In this document: positions 44,576-55,191 of the stretch, in pieces
How positions within the stretch are numbered: the stretch's first letter is position 1
Layout: every line of letters begins with the position of its first letter
DNA from: an uncultured Bacteroidia bacterium
GTDB taxonomy: Bacteria > Bacteroidota > Bacteroidia > Bacteroidales > UBA932
Assembly: GCA_902801885.1 (NCBI GenBank)
Contig: CADCJX010000001.1
Location: forward strand, 3,961 to 67,960
Direction: 5' to 3'
Length of the DNA: 64,000 nucleotides
The notes under the pieces: model-generated
Database searches by the model: none
What the model was told of the DNA's origin: nothing
What the model saw: the letters and a program-made list of their open reading frames with translations, nothing else
Made by a program: the position numbers and the translations under genes

Positions 44576-45259
44576 ATGATCGGAACCATCGTCAACACTG
44601 CCTGCATCATCGTAGGTTCGTTAGTCGGGACACTTTTCAAAAAGGGTCTCGGTGAGAAGTACAGGACCATCCTGTTCAATGCCATGGGCCTAGCATCTTT
44701 AGCCTTGGGTGCAAATTCCTTCGCCCAGAACATGCCAAAGAGCGAGTTCCCTGTCCTGTTCATACTCAGCCTTGCCTTAGGCGGAATCGCCGGAACCGCG
44801 CTGGACATTGACGGCAGGACCAAAAGGCTTGTCTCCAGGTTCGGGGGAGAATCTTTCGCCCAGGGCCTTATCTCAGCCTGCCTGCTGTTCTGTATCGGAA
44901 CTTTCTCTATCGTAGGCCCTGTCCTCAGCGCCCTGCAGGGTGACAACACCTTTCTGTTCACAAACTCCACCCTGGACTTTGTCACTTCAATGGTGTTCGC
45001 CACGACTTATGGAATAGGAATCATGCTTGCAGCACCTATCCTGTTCCTGTGGCAGGGTACATTTTACATGATAGCCAAACTGGCTTCGACCAGCGCAATC
45101 CTCCAGGGTACCCTTGTCAATGAACTTGCAATAGTCGGTGGAGTCCTTATCATTTCCTCCGGTCTTTCAATCCTCAACATCAAGGACTGCAAGACCCTGA
45201 ATTATCTTCCAGCCCTTCTGGTCCCTGTGATCTGGTTCCTTATCCGGGGACTGTTCTGA
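44576..45259 (+). CDS. DUF554 family membrane protein
   Basis: It reads MIGTIVNTACIIVGSLVGTLFKKGL.. with about 6 TM helices. 227 aa. Confidence 0.8.
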   Translation: MIGTIVNTACIIVGSLVGTLFKKGLGEKYRTILFNAMGLASLALGANSFAQNMPKSEFPVLFILSLALGGIAGTALDIDGRTKRLVSRFGGESFAQGLISACLLFCIGTFSIVGPVLSALQGDNTFLFTNSTLDFVTSMVFATTYGIGIMLAAPILFLWQGTFYMIAKLASTSAILQGTLVNELAIVGGVLIISSGLSILNIKDCKTLNYLPALLVPVIWFLIRGLF

Positions 45260-45290
45260 AAATTTATTTTAGTATTTCGACTGAAAACAC

Positions 45291-45298
45291 TAATTTTG
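45291..45298 (+). promoter_or_regulatory. -7 promoter box TAATTTTG
   Basis: It sits 27 nt upstream of the start at 45325. Confidence 0.4.
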
Positions 45299-45324
45299 TA
45301 ACCCGTATTCAAATCAAGTCTCTT

Positions 45325-46809
45325 ATGAAATACGGGTTCGACAACGACAAATACCTCAAGATCCAGTCTGAGCACATCAAGCAGCGCATCGCCACCTTCG
45401 GCGACAAACTCTACATGGAATTCGGCGGCAAGCTGTTCGACGATTACCATGCAAGCAGGGTACTCCCCGGGTTCGAGCCCGACAGTAAACTGAAGATGTT
45501 GATGCAGATGAAGGACGACGCCGAAATCGTCATCGTCATCAGCGCAATCGACATCGAAAAGAACAAGGTCAGAAGCGACCTTGGTATAACCTACGACATG
45601 GATGTCCTCCGCCTCAGGGACGAGTTCATGGCCAGGGATCTGAGCGTCAACAGCGTCGTGATCACCCATTTCAATGGCCAGTCCAGTGCCGAAGCCTACC
45701 GCAAGCGCCTCGAAGGCATGGGAATAAAGGTCTACTACCACCACACGATCGAAGGCTACCCCCACAACGTCGCCCTGATCGATTCCGAAGACGGTTTCGG
45801 GAAGAATGACTACGTCGAGACCACCAAACCCCTGGTTGTTGTTACAGCTCCCGGTCCCGGAAGCGGAAAGATGGCTGTCTGCCTGAGCCAGCTCTATCAG
45901 GAGAACAAGCGCGGGATCAAGGCTGGATACGCGAAGTTCGAGACCTTCCCTATCTGGAACCTGCCACTCACCCACCCTGTAAACCTGGCATATGAGGCGG
46001 CTACCGCCGACCTCGAGGATGTCAACATGATCGACCCCTTCCATCTCGATGCATATGGTACAACTGCAGTCAACTACAACCGGGACGTTGAGATATTCCC
46101 AGTGATGAATGCACTCTTTGACGACATCTATGGAAACACTCCGTACAAATCGCCGACAGACATGGGCGTCAATATGGCCGGATTCTGCATCAGCGACGAC
46201 GAGGTGTGCCGCGAAGCTTCCTTGCAGGAAATAATAAGGCGCTACTACACAGCCCTTTGCAACTTTGCCGACGGGAAGGCCACAGAAGCCGAGGTCAACA
46301 AGCTCGCCCTTCTGATGAAGAGGGCCAAGATTACTACCGCAGACCGGAAGTCCACAGTAGCGGCCAAGGCAAGGCTGGAAGAGGCCGGTGTGGCCACTGC
46401 AGCCATCGAACTTGGAGACGGGACAGTCCTTACAGCGGCTACCAGTCCCCTGTTGGGGCCCAGTGCTGCCTTGCTTCTGAATGCCCTTAAACATCTGGCA
46501 GGAATAGCTCATAATGTAAAGCTTATCCCACAGACCATGATCGAGCCGATCCAGAAGACAAAGGTAACCTACCTTCACGGCAAGAATCCACGTCTTCACA
46601 CAGATGAGGTGTTAGTTGCGATATCCATGGTGAGCCTTCTTGATGAGAACTGCAAGATGGCCCTGGACCAGCTTCCGAAACTCAAAGGAGCCCAGGTCCA
46701 TTCGACCGTGATGCTCAGTGAAGTCGACCGCAAGACATTCAACAAACTCGGTATCGGCCTGACCTGCGACCCTGTCCGCAAACTCAAGGACCGTCAGAGA
46801 GATGACTGA
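45325..46809 (+). CDS. DUF1846 (UPF0371) family protein
   Basis: MKYGFDNDKYLKIQSEHIKQRIATFGDKLYMEFGGKLFDDYHASRVLPGFEPDSKL.. is the hallmark N-terminus. 494 aa. Confidence 0.85.
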   Translation: MKYGFDNDKYLKIQSEHIKQRIATFGDKLYMEFGGKLFDDYHASRVLPGFEPDSKLKMLMQMKDDAEIVIVISAIDIEKNKVRSDLGITYDMDVLRLRDEFMARDLSVNSVVITHFNGQSSAEAYRKRLEGMGIKVYYHHTIEGYPHNVALIDSEDGFGKNDYVETTKPLVVVTAPGPGSGKMAVCLSQLYQENKRGIKAGYAKFETFPIWNLPLTHPVNLAYEAATADLEDVNMIDPFHLDAYGTTAVNYNRDVEIFPVMNALFDDIYGNTPYKSPTDMGVNMAGFCISDDEVCREASLQEIIRRYYTALCNFADGKATEAEVNKLALLMKRAKITTADRKSTVAAKARLEEAGVATAAIELGDGTVLTAATSPLLGPSAALLLNALKHLAGIAHNVKLIPQTMIEPIQKTKVTYLHGKNPRLHTDEVLVAISMVSLLDENCKMALDQLPKLKGAQVHSTVMLSEVDRKTFNKLGIGLTCDPVRKLKDRQRDD

Positions 46810-46854
46810 TTTTTCGAACAAAAAACGTATATTTAGCGCAAATTATCCCGAATC

Positions 46855-47802
46855 ATGAACAAAAACGTATTCAAGTATTTGATGGTGGCGGCTCTGTCCG
46901 TCCTCCTTCTGGCCGGATGTGCCGGCAAGAAAGCTCCCGAAGAAGTAACCAAGTTCCCGAAGAAACTCCCTGTAGGAGTCCAACTCTACAGCGTCCGTAC
47001 AGACCTTGAGGCTGATTTCTATGGAACCTTGAAGCAGATCCGCGAGATGGGCTATGCAGGTGTCGAGTTCTACGGTGAGTACTATGGCAATTCCGTAGCC
47101 CAGGTCAAGCGCTGGTGCACCGAACTCGGTCTTATTCCCTTCTCCAACCATGTCCCTTTCCAGCAGATGATCGACGATGTGGACAAGGTGATCGAAGAGA
47201 ACACCATCCTCGGAGTCCAGTATATCGTTTTCCCTTACATGGATGAGGCCAGCCGTCCCGGAATCAATCCTGAGCAGTTCAAGGAGACCGTGGCAAAACT
47301 TGGCGAGATAGGTGCAAAGGTACGCGAGGCCGGTTTCCAGCTTCTCTACCACAACCATGATTTCGAGTTCGTAGCCCTGCCCGACGGCACCCTCGGCTAT
47401 GACGCCATCTTCAGCAACAACTCACGCGAGAACCTCCAGAACGAGCTGGACGTCTGCTGGTGCGACTACGCCGGCCATGATATCTGCGAGACTCTTGAAA
47501 GGTACAAGGGCGGAGTTCCCGTGGTACATCTCAAGGATTACAAGCTAGAGGGACACCTCAGTTCGGCTCCTTACGCCCTGATCGGCATCACAACCGATAA
47601 TTCCATGAAGGACGAAGGCGGTTCATTTGAGTACCGTCCCCTCGGCTGCGGACAGGTTGACATGGAAAAGGTCATCCTCAAATCCATGGAGATCGGCACC
47701 CAGTGGCTTTGCGTAGAGCAGGACGAGCCCAGCATGGGACTCAGCCGCCTCCAGGGCGTCGCCAAGAGCGTCGAGTACCTCCGCTCCCTCGACCTGATGT
47801 AG
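46855..47802 (+). CDS. sugar phosphate isomerase/epimerase (xylose isomerase-like TIM barrel) lipoprotein
   Basis: The lipobox is LLLAGCAGK. The body reads ..GYAGVEFYG..LLYHNHDFEF..VVHLKDYK..WLCVEQDE.. Confidence 0.8.
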   Translation: MNKNVFKYLMVAALSVLLLAGCAGKKAPEEVTKFPKKLPVGVQLYSVRTDLEADFYGTLKQIREMGYAGVEFYGEYYGNSVAQVKRWCTELGLIPFSNHVPFQQMIDDVDKVIEENTILGVQYIVFPYMDEASRPGINPEQFKETVAKLGEIGAKVREAGFQLLYHNHDFEFVALPDGTLGYDAIFSNNSRENLQNELDVCWCDYAGHDICETLERYKGGVPVVHLKDYKLEGHLSSAPYALIGITTDNSMKDEGGSFEYRPLGCGQVDMEKVILKSMEIGTQWLCVEQDEPSMGLSRLQGVAKSVEYLRSLDLM

Positions 47803-47827
47803 CTTCAGGCTTCATCTAAGCCGCCTC

Positions 47828-48766
47828 ATGAATCACATAGGCGAAATCATTTCGCTCATCGTAGCGGTTTCATGGACCTTCTCCGCCTGGTTTGCCGACA
47901 AGGCAAGCAGGCGAATTGGTTCTATGGTGACGAATGTGATCCGTCTCGCTCTCGCCACCTTATTCTTAGGTATCCTGCTTTGGATAACCACCGGTCATCC
48001 CTACCCTGTCTTCGCAGATGGGAAGGCATGGCTGTGGCTGGCACTTTCCGCCCTGGTAGGTTATGTCTTCGGTGACTTCTGCCTGTTCAACTGTTACATT
48101 GCAATAGGCCCCAGGTTCGGACAGCTCCTCATGACCCTTGCTCCACCCTGTGCTGCAATTGCAGGCTTTTTCCTGCTTGGAGAATCACTGAGCTGGAAAT
48201 CGGTCCTCGCCATGTTCGTAACCCTCGCCGGTATCGCGATCTCCATCCTCACCAGAGGCGGTGAAAAGCACCACCTCCAACTCTCCCTTCCCTTGAAAGG
48301 AATCATACTCGGAATTGGAGCAGGAATAGGCCAGGGCGTAGGCCTTGTCCTTAGCAAGGTCGGCATGGAATACTATTCCGAATCCATCCCTACAGATGCA
48401 ACGGCAATGATGGAGAGCATGCTTCCATTCGCCTCAACGATGATAAGGGCGATTGTAGGATTTGCCGGATTCTTCATCCTCCTGACGCTGCAGAAAGGTC
48501 TTGGCAACCTGAAGGCCGGCATCCTTGACAAAAAGGGTATGAAATACGCCACGCTCTTGACCATTTTCGGCCCGGCTCTAGGAGTCTCGCTTTCACTCAT
48601 GGCCGTCCGCTACGCCAATGCGGGAATAGCCTCAACCCTGATGGCCCTCACTCCGGTTCTCATCCTCTTCCCGGAAGTCCTTATCAACAAACAGAGGATC
48701 AAGCCCAAGGAGATCCTGGGTGTCACGATCTGCATGGCCGGAGTAGCCATGTTTTTCCTCCTATAG
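47828..48766 (+). CDS. DMT superfamily (EamA-like) transporter
   Basis: 312 aa, 10 hydrophobic segments, two EamA-like halves. Confidence 0.8.
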   Translation: MNHIGEIISLIVAVSWTFSAWFADKASRRIGSMVTNVIRLALATLFLGILLWITTGHPYPVFADGKAWLWLALSALVGYVFGDFCLFNCYIAIGPRFGQLLMTLAPPCAAIAGFFLLGESLSWKSVLAMFVTLAGIAISILTRGGEKHHLQLSLPLKGIILGIGAGIGQGVGLVLSKVGMEYYSESIPTDATAMMESMLPFASTMIRAIVGFAGFFILLTLQKGLGNLKAGILDKKGMKYATLLTIFGPALGVSLSLMAVRYANAGIASTLMALTPVLILFPEVLINKQRIKPKEILGVTICMAGVAMFFLL

Positions 48767-48767
48767 A

Positions 48768-50000
48768 CTACAGGATATTCAGGAACACCGTGATTACGGT
48801 GGTATTGATTATGTCCACGAACATCGCGCCGATAATCGGCACGATGATGAATGGATTGACGGCATGACGGTACTTGAAGCAGACTGCCGACATATTCGCC
48901 ATGGCATTCGGGGTGGCACCCAGGCCGAAGCCGCAGAGTCCGCTGACCAGGACGGCCGCATCGTAATCCTTGCCAAGGGCGCGGAAGGCTACGAAATAGA
49001 CAAACAATGCCATGAACGCCACCTGGGCAAGGAGGATCACGCAGAGAGGCAGCATCAGGCTGGCAAGTTCCCAAAGTTTCAAAGAGGACATCGCCATGCC
49101 CAGGAAGAGCGAAAGGCAGATGTCTCCAAGGGAGATGATCTTCTCCATGCACAGGACATCTTTCCCTCCTGAATATGCTTCAGTGACATTCCTGATAAGA
49201 CAGGCAGCGATCAAGGAGCCGAAATAGGTCGGGAAGGTTATTCCCGTCAAAGCCAGGAGCCTGCTCAGGCACATACCGGCGGCCATTGCAATGACGAGAA
49301 GGTAGACGGCTTTGGTATAGTCACGGAAAGAACTCTCGTGGGACTGGGAGCGCTCTTCCTTCGAAGATGGTGAAGCCTCGGTAGCCTCTAGACCAGTCAG
49401 GACATCCTGGGAAGAGGATTCTTCTGCAAGGTGACGTCTCCTGATCAGTGACTCTGCAAGAGGCCCCCCGATCATTGATCCTGCGACGAGCCCGAATGTC
49501 GCACAGGCCATGGTAATCGAGGATGCACCTTTTAGTCCCATGCTTTCAAGCACAGGAGAAAAACCTCCTGCAGTTCCATGACCTCCGCACATCGGTATGG
49601 AACCTGCAGCCATGCCGACAAGAGGGTCAAGGTCCATTCCCTTGGCAATCCCGACAGACAGCAGGTTCTGGATTACAATCAGGACGGCCACGAGAAGGAT
49701 CATCACGATCAGGGAACGACCGCCCTGCTTCAGGGCTTTCATATTGGACTGGAAGCCTACGGAGGTGAAGAAAAGCATCATGCAGATGTCCTTTATTGTA
49801 CCGTCGAAAGAGAACTCCACCCCGAGAAGGCTGTAACATGCTAGAGTCAGAAGGGAAATAAGGATCCCCCCGGAAACCGGCGCAGGAATACAGAAACGCT
49901 TGAGGAAAGGAACGGTTCGGGTAAAGAACATGCCGAGGACGAGGGCTATTACGCCTACTCCCGCGGTCTGGAACATGTCAAGTGATAGCAGATGATGCAT
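48768..50000 (-). CDS. gltS: sodium/glutamate symporter
   Basis: The protein is collinear with E. coli GltS: ..FLKRFCIPAPVSGG.., ..AGSIPMCGGHGTAGGF.., ..MACATFGLVAGSMIGGP.., ..LSLFLGMAMSSLKLWEL.., ..CGFGLGATPNAMANM... Confidence 0.85.
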   Translation of the reverse strand: MHHLLSLDMFQTAGVGVIALVLGMFFTRTVPFLKRFCIPAPVSGGILISLLTLACYSLLGVEFSFDGTIKDICMMLFFTSVGFQSNMKALKQGGRSLIVMILLVAVLIVIQNLLSVGIAKGMDLDPLVGMAAGSIPMCGGHGTAGGFSPVLESMGLKGASSITMACATFGLVAGSMIGGPLAESLIRRRHLAEESSSQDVLTGLEATEASPSSKEERSQSHESSFRDYTKAVYLLVIAMAAGMCLSRLLALTGITFPTYFGSLIAACLIRNVTEAYSGGKDVLCMEKIISLGDICLSLFLGMAMSSLKLWELASLMLPLCVILLAQVAFMALFVYFVAFRALGKDYDAAVLVSGLCGFGLGATPNAMANMSAVCFKYRHAVNPFIIVPIIGAMFVDIINTTVITVFLNIL

Positions 50001-50072
50001 CTGGGGTCGGTTTGCTCCATAAATATCGGGAAAAATATCGGATAATCATGACTTTATTTTTATATTTACGAC

Positions 50073-51419
50073 ATGAGTGACAGTGTTTTCAAGAGATGGC
50101 TTAGGGGTGTGTTCTACATTAATGACCAGATCGACACCGAGGAAGCCGCACAAAGGATCAAAGGCAGCATCGCCTTCAGGGGGCCAAATGTTTGGATCCT
50201 TGCGTTCTCGATAATCATTGCGTCTGTTGGCCTTAACGTCAATTCCACCGCGGTCATCATCGGCGCCATGCTCATCTCTCCCCTGATGGGGCCAATAATG
50301 GGAATCGGCCTGTCTCTTGGTACCAACGACAGGAATCTCCTGGTAGACAGTTTCAGAAACCTTCTTGTTATGGTCGTGGTCAGCGTGCTGGCCGCATTGA
50401 TATATTTCCTTATCTCGCCTCTTAACCTTGTCAACCCAACGGAATTGCTCTCCAGGACAAGGCCCACGATTTACGATGTCCTGATCGCACTTTTCGGCGG
50501 CCTTGCCGGAATTCTGGAAAGTTGCCGCAAGGAAAAAGGTACCGTACTTTCGGGAGTCGCAATCGCCACAGCCCTCATGCCTCCTCTTTGTACTGCAGGC
50601 TACGGGTTGGCAAAGGGCAACATGCAGTACTTCTTCGGGGCAATCCTGCTCTTCATGATCAATGGCGTCTTCATCATCCTCGCGACCTACATAATGACCA
50701 AGTACCTGAGGTTCAAGGAAGCTGAATATCCCAACCCTGCGACAGCCAAGAAGACCAGGACACTGATGACGCTTGCTATCCTTGCAGTAACGGTCCCAAG
50801 CCTCTGGAGTGCGGTGCTGATGGTCGGAGACAACAATTTCGAGAGGAATGTCAAAAGTTTCATCTCCGAGAACAAGAATTTCAGCCAGGGCTACATCTAC
50901 GACTACAAGATCCACAACGAGAAAGGCGAGGCACGCAAAGTCGATATCTTCTACGCTGGCAACAGGCTCAATGAAGACGAAATGAACACCATTACGGCTT
51001 CCGCTGCCAGACATGGAATCGATCCGGGGAGACTCAATATCATGGAGAGCGATTTCGGTTCAGTGGACAATGCGACAGACCGTCTGCTCAAGGGCCTGTA
51101 TGAAAGGGCCGATGACGAGCTCGCACGCAAGGATGCCCAGATAGAGAAGCTCCAGAAGGAAATCTATGAACTGAAAGGGATGGACATCAACTACAGAAGG
51201 ATTGCACGTGAAGTACGCTACAGCTATCCCGAGATCAAGGACATAACGATAAGCAAGGGTGCGACGGTGGATGACAGCCTGAGGGTAAAGGAATGTACCA
51301 TTGTCATGGCCCATTCAGACAAACCATTGCCCCAGAATCAGATAAACAAGGTGGAAGAGTGGTTGAAACTGAGGCTTGAAGACACTACTGCAACAGTACA
51401 TAATATTATTGACAAATAA
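50073..51419 (+). CDS. DUF389 (TIGR00341-type) membrane protein
   Basis: It reads ..IIASVGLNVNSTAVIIGAMLISPLMGPIMGIGLSLG.. ..GVAIATALMPPLCTAGYGLA.. Confidence 0.8.
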   Translation: MSDSVFKRWLRGVFYINDQIDTEEAAQRIKGSIAFRGPNVWILAFSIIIASVGLNVNSTAVIIGAMLISPLMGPIMGIGLSLGTNDRNLLVDSFRNLLVMVVVSVLAALIYFLISPLNLVNPTELLSRTRPTIYDVLIALFGGLAGILESCRKEKGTVLSGVAIATALMPPLCTAGYGLAKGNMQYFFGAILLFMINGVFIILATYIMTKYLRFKEAEYPNPATAKKTRTLMTLAILAVTVPSLWSAVLMVGDNNFERNVKSFISENKNFSQGYIYDYKIHNEKGEARKVDIFYAGNRLNEDEMNTITASAARHGIDPGRLNIMESDFGSVDNATDRLLKGLYERADDELARKDAQIEKLQKEIYELKGMDINYRRIAREVRYSYPEIKDITISKGATVDDSLRVKECTIVMAHSDKPLPQNQINKVEEWLKLRLEDTTATVHNIIDK

Positions 51420-51440
51420 ACTTTTAAACGGACGACAAAA

Positions 51441-51902
51441 ATGAAAAGGACGATTCTGGTCGTTATCGCAACCCTCCCCATTCTTCTGTTCGGTTGCGGG
51501 ACTTCAAAAAGTGTTTCCACCGCCGGAACTGACGATAGTGTCAACATCGGCTACACCAGTACTTCAAAGAATAAGATGTCAGGCTCGGTCGGTCACGTTA
51601 AGAACAAGGACAACCGTGTCTATGATTCCATCTTCGATTATTTCCGCGACAAGGTCCCGGGCGTCAGGGTAGAAGGATCCGACCCGGCTTCCACAAAAGT
51701 CTACATCAGGGGTATCAATTCCATAGAGGCCCCTTCAGACCCCTTGTTCATCGTGGACGGTGTGACTGTCGACGACATCTCCAACATAAACCCCTACGAA
51801 GTGAAATCCGTAGATGTCCTCAAAGATTCCGAAGCAGCAATTTACGGAGTCAGGGGTACCAATGGGGTAATCATCATATTACTCAAGAAATCTGGAGAAT
51901 AA
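51441..51902 (+). CDS. stand-alone TonB-dependent-receptor plug domain lipoprotein
   Basis: The lipobox is LLFGCGTS. The body ..FDYFRDKVPGVRVEG..IRGINSIEAPSDPLFIVDGV..VKSVDVLKDSEAAIYGVRGTNGVIIILLK is a plug domain, and no barrel follows. Confidence 0.75.
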   Translation: MKRTILVVIATLPILLFGCGTSKSVSTAGTDDSVNIGYTSTSKNKMSGSVGHVKNKDNRVYDSIFDYFRDKVPGVRVEGSDPASTKVYIRGINSIEAPSDPLFIVDGVTVDDISNINPYEVKSVDVLKDSEAAIYGVRGTNGVIIILLKKSGE

Positions 51903-51916
51903 GTCGAATTTTTTAT

Positions 51917-51924
51917 TATTTTTG
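51917..51924 (+). promoter_or_regulatory. -7 promoter box TATTTTTG
   Basis: It sits 38 nt upstream of the start at 51962. Confidence 0.4.
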
Positions 51925-51961
51925 CAGCCAAGTTGAACTAAACAAATTTTTATGTGTCTAA

Positions 51962-52990
51962 ATGAAGAAACTGGTTGTTCTAGCGGCTTCGATCCTGCTC
52001 TACACCCTTGCCCAGGCGCAAGAGGGTAGCGATTCCGGCACCAGTGCCGGGATTACCATCGTTCCAAGGATTGATTTCAATCCTATATTCTATGGAGGAA
52101 ACGATAAAGAGGTAACTCTTGGCAACTCTTCACTCTACTCCCTCTTTGAGGGCAACATCACGGAAAATCTTTCTTTCAGCGTCTGCAACCACTGGCTCAG
52201 CGATGAACCAAAGTACCTTTACCAGAACACCGGACGTGCGGACGATGTCAACTGGTGTGACTGGGCTTATCTAGAATACAATCCAGGCAATTTCATAATC
52301 ACAGCCGGAAAGCAAGTCATCACCTTCGGTGGATTCGAGCTTGAGGAATACGACTTTGATGTCCATCTCGATATGATGACTGGGCTTTTCAACAATTTCC
52401 AGTGCTACCAGTGGGGCGGCAAAGTCGGCTGGATGAACGACAGCGAGACAACCGGACTGTTCCTCCAGGCAACATCCTCACCTTATGGAGAGAAGCCATT
52501 CGATGCAATGGCGTATTCATTCCAGTACCAGGGTTACTACGGTCCTTTCAGCATGCTGTACAGCACCAACTTCATCGAAGACTGGGATGGAGAGTACCAG
52601 TGGATGTTCACCTTGGGCAACCAGCTTGAACTTGACTCTTGGACTCTCCAGTTGGATGTCTCAAACAAGGTCGGTGACCCTATGTTCATCCTCCGGGACG
52701 GAATCACGGCTTTCACTACCGCAAAGTTCAATCCCTCCGACAAGTGGGAATTCGTAGGTCGCTGCGGCTATGAAAAAGCCACCACGGACATGTACGACCT
52801 GCTCCCCGGATTGTCAGACGTCTACCCGAAATTCGACAACTGGACCTTCGGTGCAGCTGCGCACTGCTTTCCCCTCAGGAACAGCCAGAACCTCAGGCTC
52901 CACGCTGCTGCAGCCTACAATACTTTCACCAAGATGACGTCTCTCACCCTGGGAGCCATGTATTACATCCACATTCCCAGGAACAATTAA
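51962..52990 (+). CDS. putative outer-membrane beta-barrel (porin-like) protein
   Basis: It has a signal peptide, alternating-hydrophobicity and aromatic-rich segments, and the C-terminus ..[15 protein letters not shown]. It lies immediately upstream of potA. Confidence 0.55.
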   Translation: MKKLVVLAASILLYTLAQAQEGSDSGTSAGITIVPRIDFNPIFYGGNDKEVTLGNSSLYSLFEGNITENLSFSVCNHWLSDEPKYLYQNTGRADDVNWCDWAYLEYNPGNFIITAGKQVITFGGFELEEYDFDVHLDMMTGLFNNFQCYQWGGKVGWMNDSETTGLFLQATSSPYGEKPFDAMAYSFQYQGYYGPFSMLYSTNFIEDWDGEYQWMFTLGNQLELDSWTLQLDVSNKVGDPMFILRDGITAFTTAKFNPSDKWEFVGRCGYEKATTDMYDLLPGLSDVYPKFDNWTFGAAAHCFPLRNSQNLRLHAAAAYNTFTKMTSLTLGAMYYIHIPRNN

Positions 52991-52994
52991 AAAG

Positions 52995-54437
52995 ATGGGC
53001 GACCAGAACAATTATATCATCGACATTGAGCATCTCTCGAAGTCGTTTGGAGACAATCAAGTCCTTAAGGACATCTCCCTCTACATCCGCAAAGGCGAAT
53101 TCGTAACCCTGCTTGGACCTTCAGGTTGCGGCAAGACTACCCTCCTGAGGATGATTGCAGGTTTCCTTCAGCCCGACGAGGGCACCATCATGATGGAATG
53201 GGACAGCAAGGGCGGCAAGACCGAGTTCCGCGATGTTGCCGGAATACCTCCCCATCAGAGGCCCCTCAACACAGTGTTCCAGCGCTACGCCCTGTTCCCT
53301 CACCTTGACGTCTATGACAACATCGCTTTCGGACTCAAGCTCCATGGTGTTCCCAAGGACGAGATCGACACAAGGGTACGTAAGGTCCTCAAGCTCGTGA
53401 GCATGAGCGATTACGAGGACCGTGACGTAGAATCCCTCTCCGGAGGACAGCAGCAAAGGGTTGCTATTGCCAGGGCTATCGTAAACAGGCCCAAGGTGCT
53501 CCTTCTGGATGAACCGCTTGCGGCACTTGACCTCAAGATGAGGCAGGACATGCAGCTCGAACTCAAGGAAATGCACCAAAAACTGGGGATCACCTTCATC
53601 TATGTCACCCACGACCAGAGTGAGGCGCTAACCCTCAGCGACACCGTCGTAGTCATGAATGAAGGCAAGATCCAGCAGATCGGAACCCCTACAGACATCT
53701 ACAACGAACCAGTCAACTCCTTCGTGGCAGACTTCATCGGAGAGAGCAACATCCTCAACGGTACGATGGTCCATGACCGTAAGGTCAATTTCATAGGCCA
53801 TGACTTCGAGTGCGTCGACGAAGGCTTCGGGGAAAACAATCCGGTCGATGTAGTGATCCGTCCCGAGGACGTCTACCTTGGCTACGAACTGGAAGGCGCA
53901 CAGTTCTCAGGAACCGTGAAGTCCTGCGTGTTCAAGGGCGTCCATTATGAGATGTATGTCGACACCGATTCCGGCAACGAGCTCCAGATCCAGGACTACG
54001 ATGCCTTCGAACCTGGAAGGACCGTGCAGATGCTCATCCATCCGGACGACATCCAGGTCATGAAAAAAGAGAGGGTCGAGAATGTCATAGACTGCAAGGT
54101 CATCGACGAGACCCACATCGAGATGTTCGGCGAGGAGTTCGAGTGCAAACCGATCCATTCGACAGGCTCAGGGAGCGTTGAAAGCGGAACTCAGGCAAAA
54201 GCACACATCCAGTTCTCCAAGGTCGACCTAATGGACCACGAGGAAGAAGGAAACGAAAGCGGAGAAGTCTGGTTCATCCTCTACAAAGGCAACCACTACC
54301 ACCTCACCGTCAAGACTGAGAGTGGTGAATATGTCTATGTCGACACTAACGACATTTGGGACAAGGGCGACCTTGTCGGTATCAAGATACTGCCTGAAGA
54401 CATAACCGTGGAGACAGCCGATGAGCAAGAGAAGTAA
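52995..54437 (+). CDS. potA: spermidine/putrescine ABC transporter ATP-binding protein
   Basis: It has Walker [10 protein letters not shown], signature LSGGQQQR, Walker B LLLDEP and a TOBE-like C-terminus with an extension. Confidence 0.85.
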   Translation: MGDQNNYIIDIEHLSKSFGDNQVLKDISLYIRKGEFVTLLGPSGCGKTTLLRMIAGFLQPDEGTIMMEWDSKGGKTEFRDVAGIPPHQRPLNTVFQRYALFPHLDVYDNIAFGLKLHGVPKDEIDTRVRKVLKLVSMSDYEDRDVESLSGGQQQRVAIARAIVNRPKVLLLDEPLAALDLKMRQDMQLELKEMHQKLGITFIYVTHDQSEALTLSDTVVVMNEGKIQQIGTPTDIYNEPVNSFVADFIGESNILNGTMVHDRKVNFIGHDFECVDEGFGENNPVDVVIRPEDVYLGYELEGAQFSGTVKSCVFKGVHYEMYVDTDSGNELQIQDYDAFEPGRTVQMLIHPDDIQVMKKERVENVIDCKVIDETHIEMFGEEFECKPIHSTGSGSVESGTQAKAHIQFSKVDLMDHEEEGNESGEVWFILYKGNHYHLTVKTESGEYVYVDTNDIWDKGDLVGIKILPEDITVETADEQEK

Positions 54438-55191
54438 CTGGGCAATCCCCTATTTCATATTCCTCGTGCTCTTCGTAGTCCTGCCGCTTGTCCTGATCGT
54501 GGTCTATGCCCTCCAGGACGGAAACGGAAGCTTCACCCTGAGCAACGTGACCCGCTTCTTCACCGACAGCGATGCGCTCAGCACATTTGCAGTGTCGGTT
54601 GAGGTAGCAATCGAAAACACGCTTATTTGCCTTCTTTTAGGTTACCCGGCAGCTTACATCCTGGCGGACAAGAACCTGAACAAGAGTGCAGTTACCGTGA
54701 TACTGTTCATCCTTCCCATGTGGATCAACGCACTGATGAGGACCCTCGCCACTGCCGAACTCTTCAACGTCTTCGGCTTCACCCTCGGGAAGGGCACCCT
54801 CCTCTTCGGTATGGTCTACGACTACCTCCCGTTCATGATCTACCCGATCTACAACGTACTCCTGAAGATGGACAAGTCTTACGCAGAAGCGGCCTCCGAC
54901 CTCGGAGCCACACCTGTACAGGTCTTCGGCAAGGTTACCCTCCCCCTCTCCATGCCGGGCATATTCAGCGGCATCCTGATGGTCTTCATGCCTACGGTCA
55001 GTACCTTTGCGATCTCTGAGTTCCTCACGAACAACAAGATCAAGCTGTTCGGTACCATTATCCAGGAGAACATCAACTCTTCAATGTGGAACTACGGCGC
55101 AGCCCTCTCACTCATCATGCTTGTCATAATCGGACTTACGACTATCCTGCTCGGAGGAGACGAGAGAGAAGTTGAAGGAGGGACCATCTGA
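54421..55191 (+). CDS. potB: spermidine/putrescine ABC transporter permease
   Basis: It has 6 TM helices and the EAA loop [22 protein letters not shown]. Confidence 0.85.
   Translation: MSKRSNWAIPYFIFLVLFVVLPLVLIVVYALQDGNGSFTLSNVTRFFTDSDALSTFAVSVEVAIENTLICLLLGYPAAYILADKNLNKSAVTVILFILPMWINALMRTLATAELFNVFGFTLGKGTLLFGMVYDYLPFMIYPIYNVLLKMDKSYAEAASDLGATPVQVFGKVTLPLSMPGIFSGILMVFMPTVSTFAISEFLTNNKIKLFGTIIQENINSSMWNYGAALSLIMLVIIGLTTILLGGDEREVEGGTI

Noticed and set aside
45202-46599. A 465-aa ORF on the minus strand.
   Set aside because: It is entirely antisense to the well-recognised DUF1846/UPF0371 gene (45325-46809). Its translation is low-complexity and Val/Asp/Gly/His-rich with no family resemblance. 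Long stop-free antisense frames are expected from the codon bias of the sense gene.
50046-51014. A 322-aa minus-strand ORF.
   Set aside because: It is antisense to the DUF389 gene, whose translation carries clear family motifs. The antisense product has no signal or motif.
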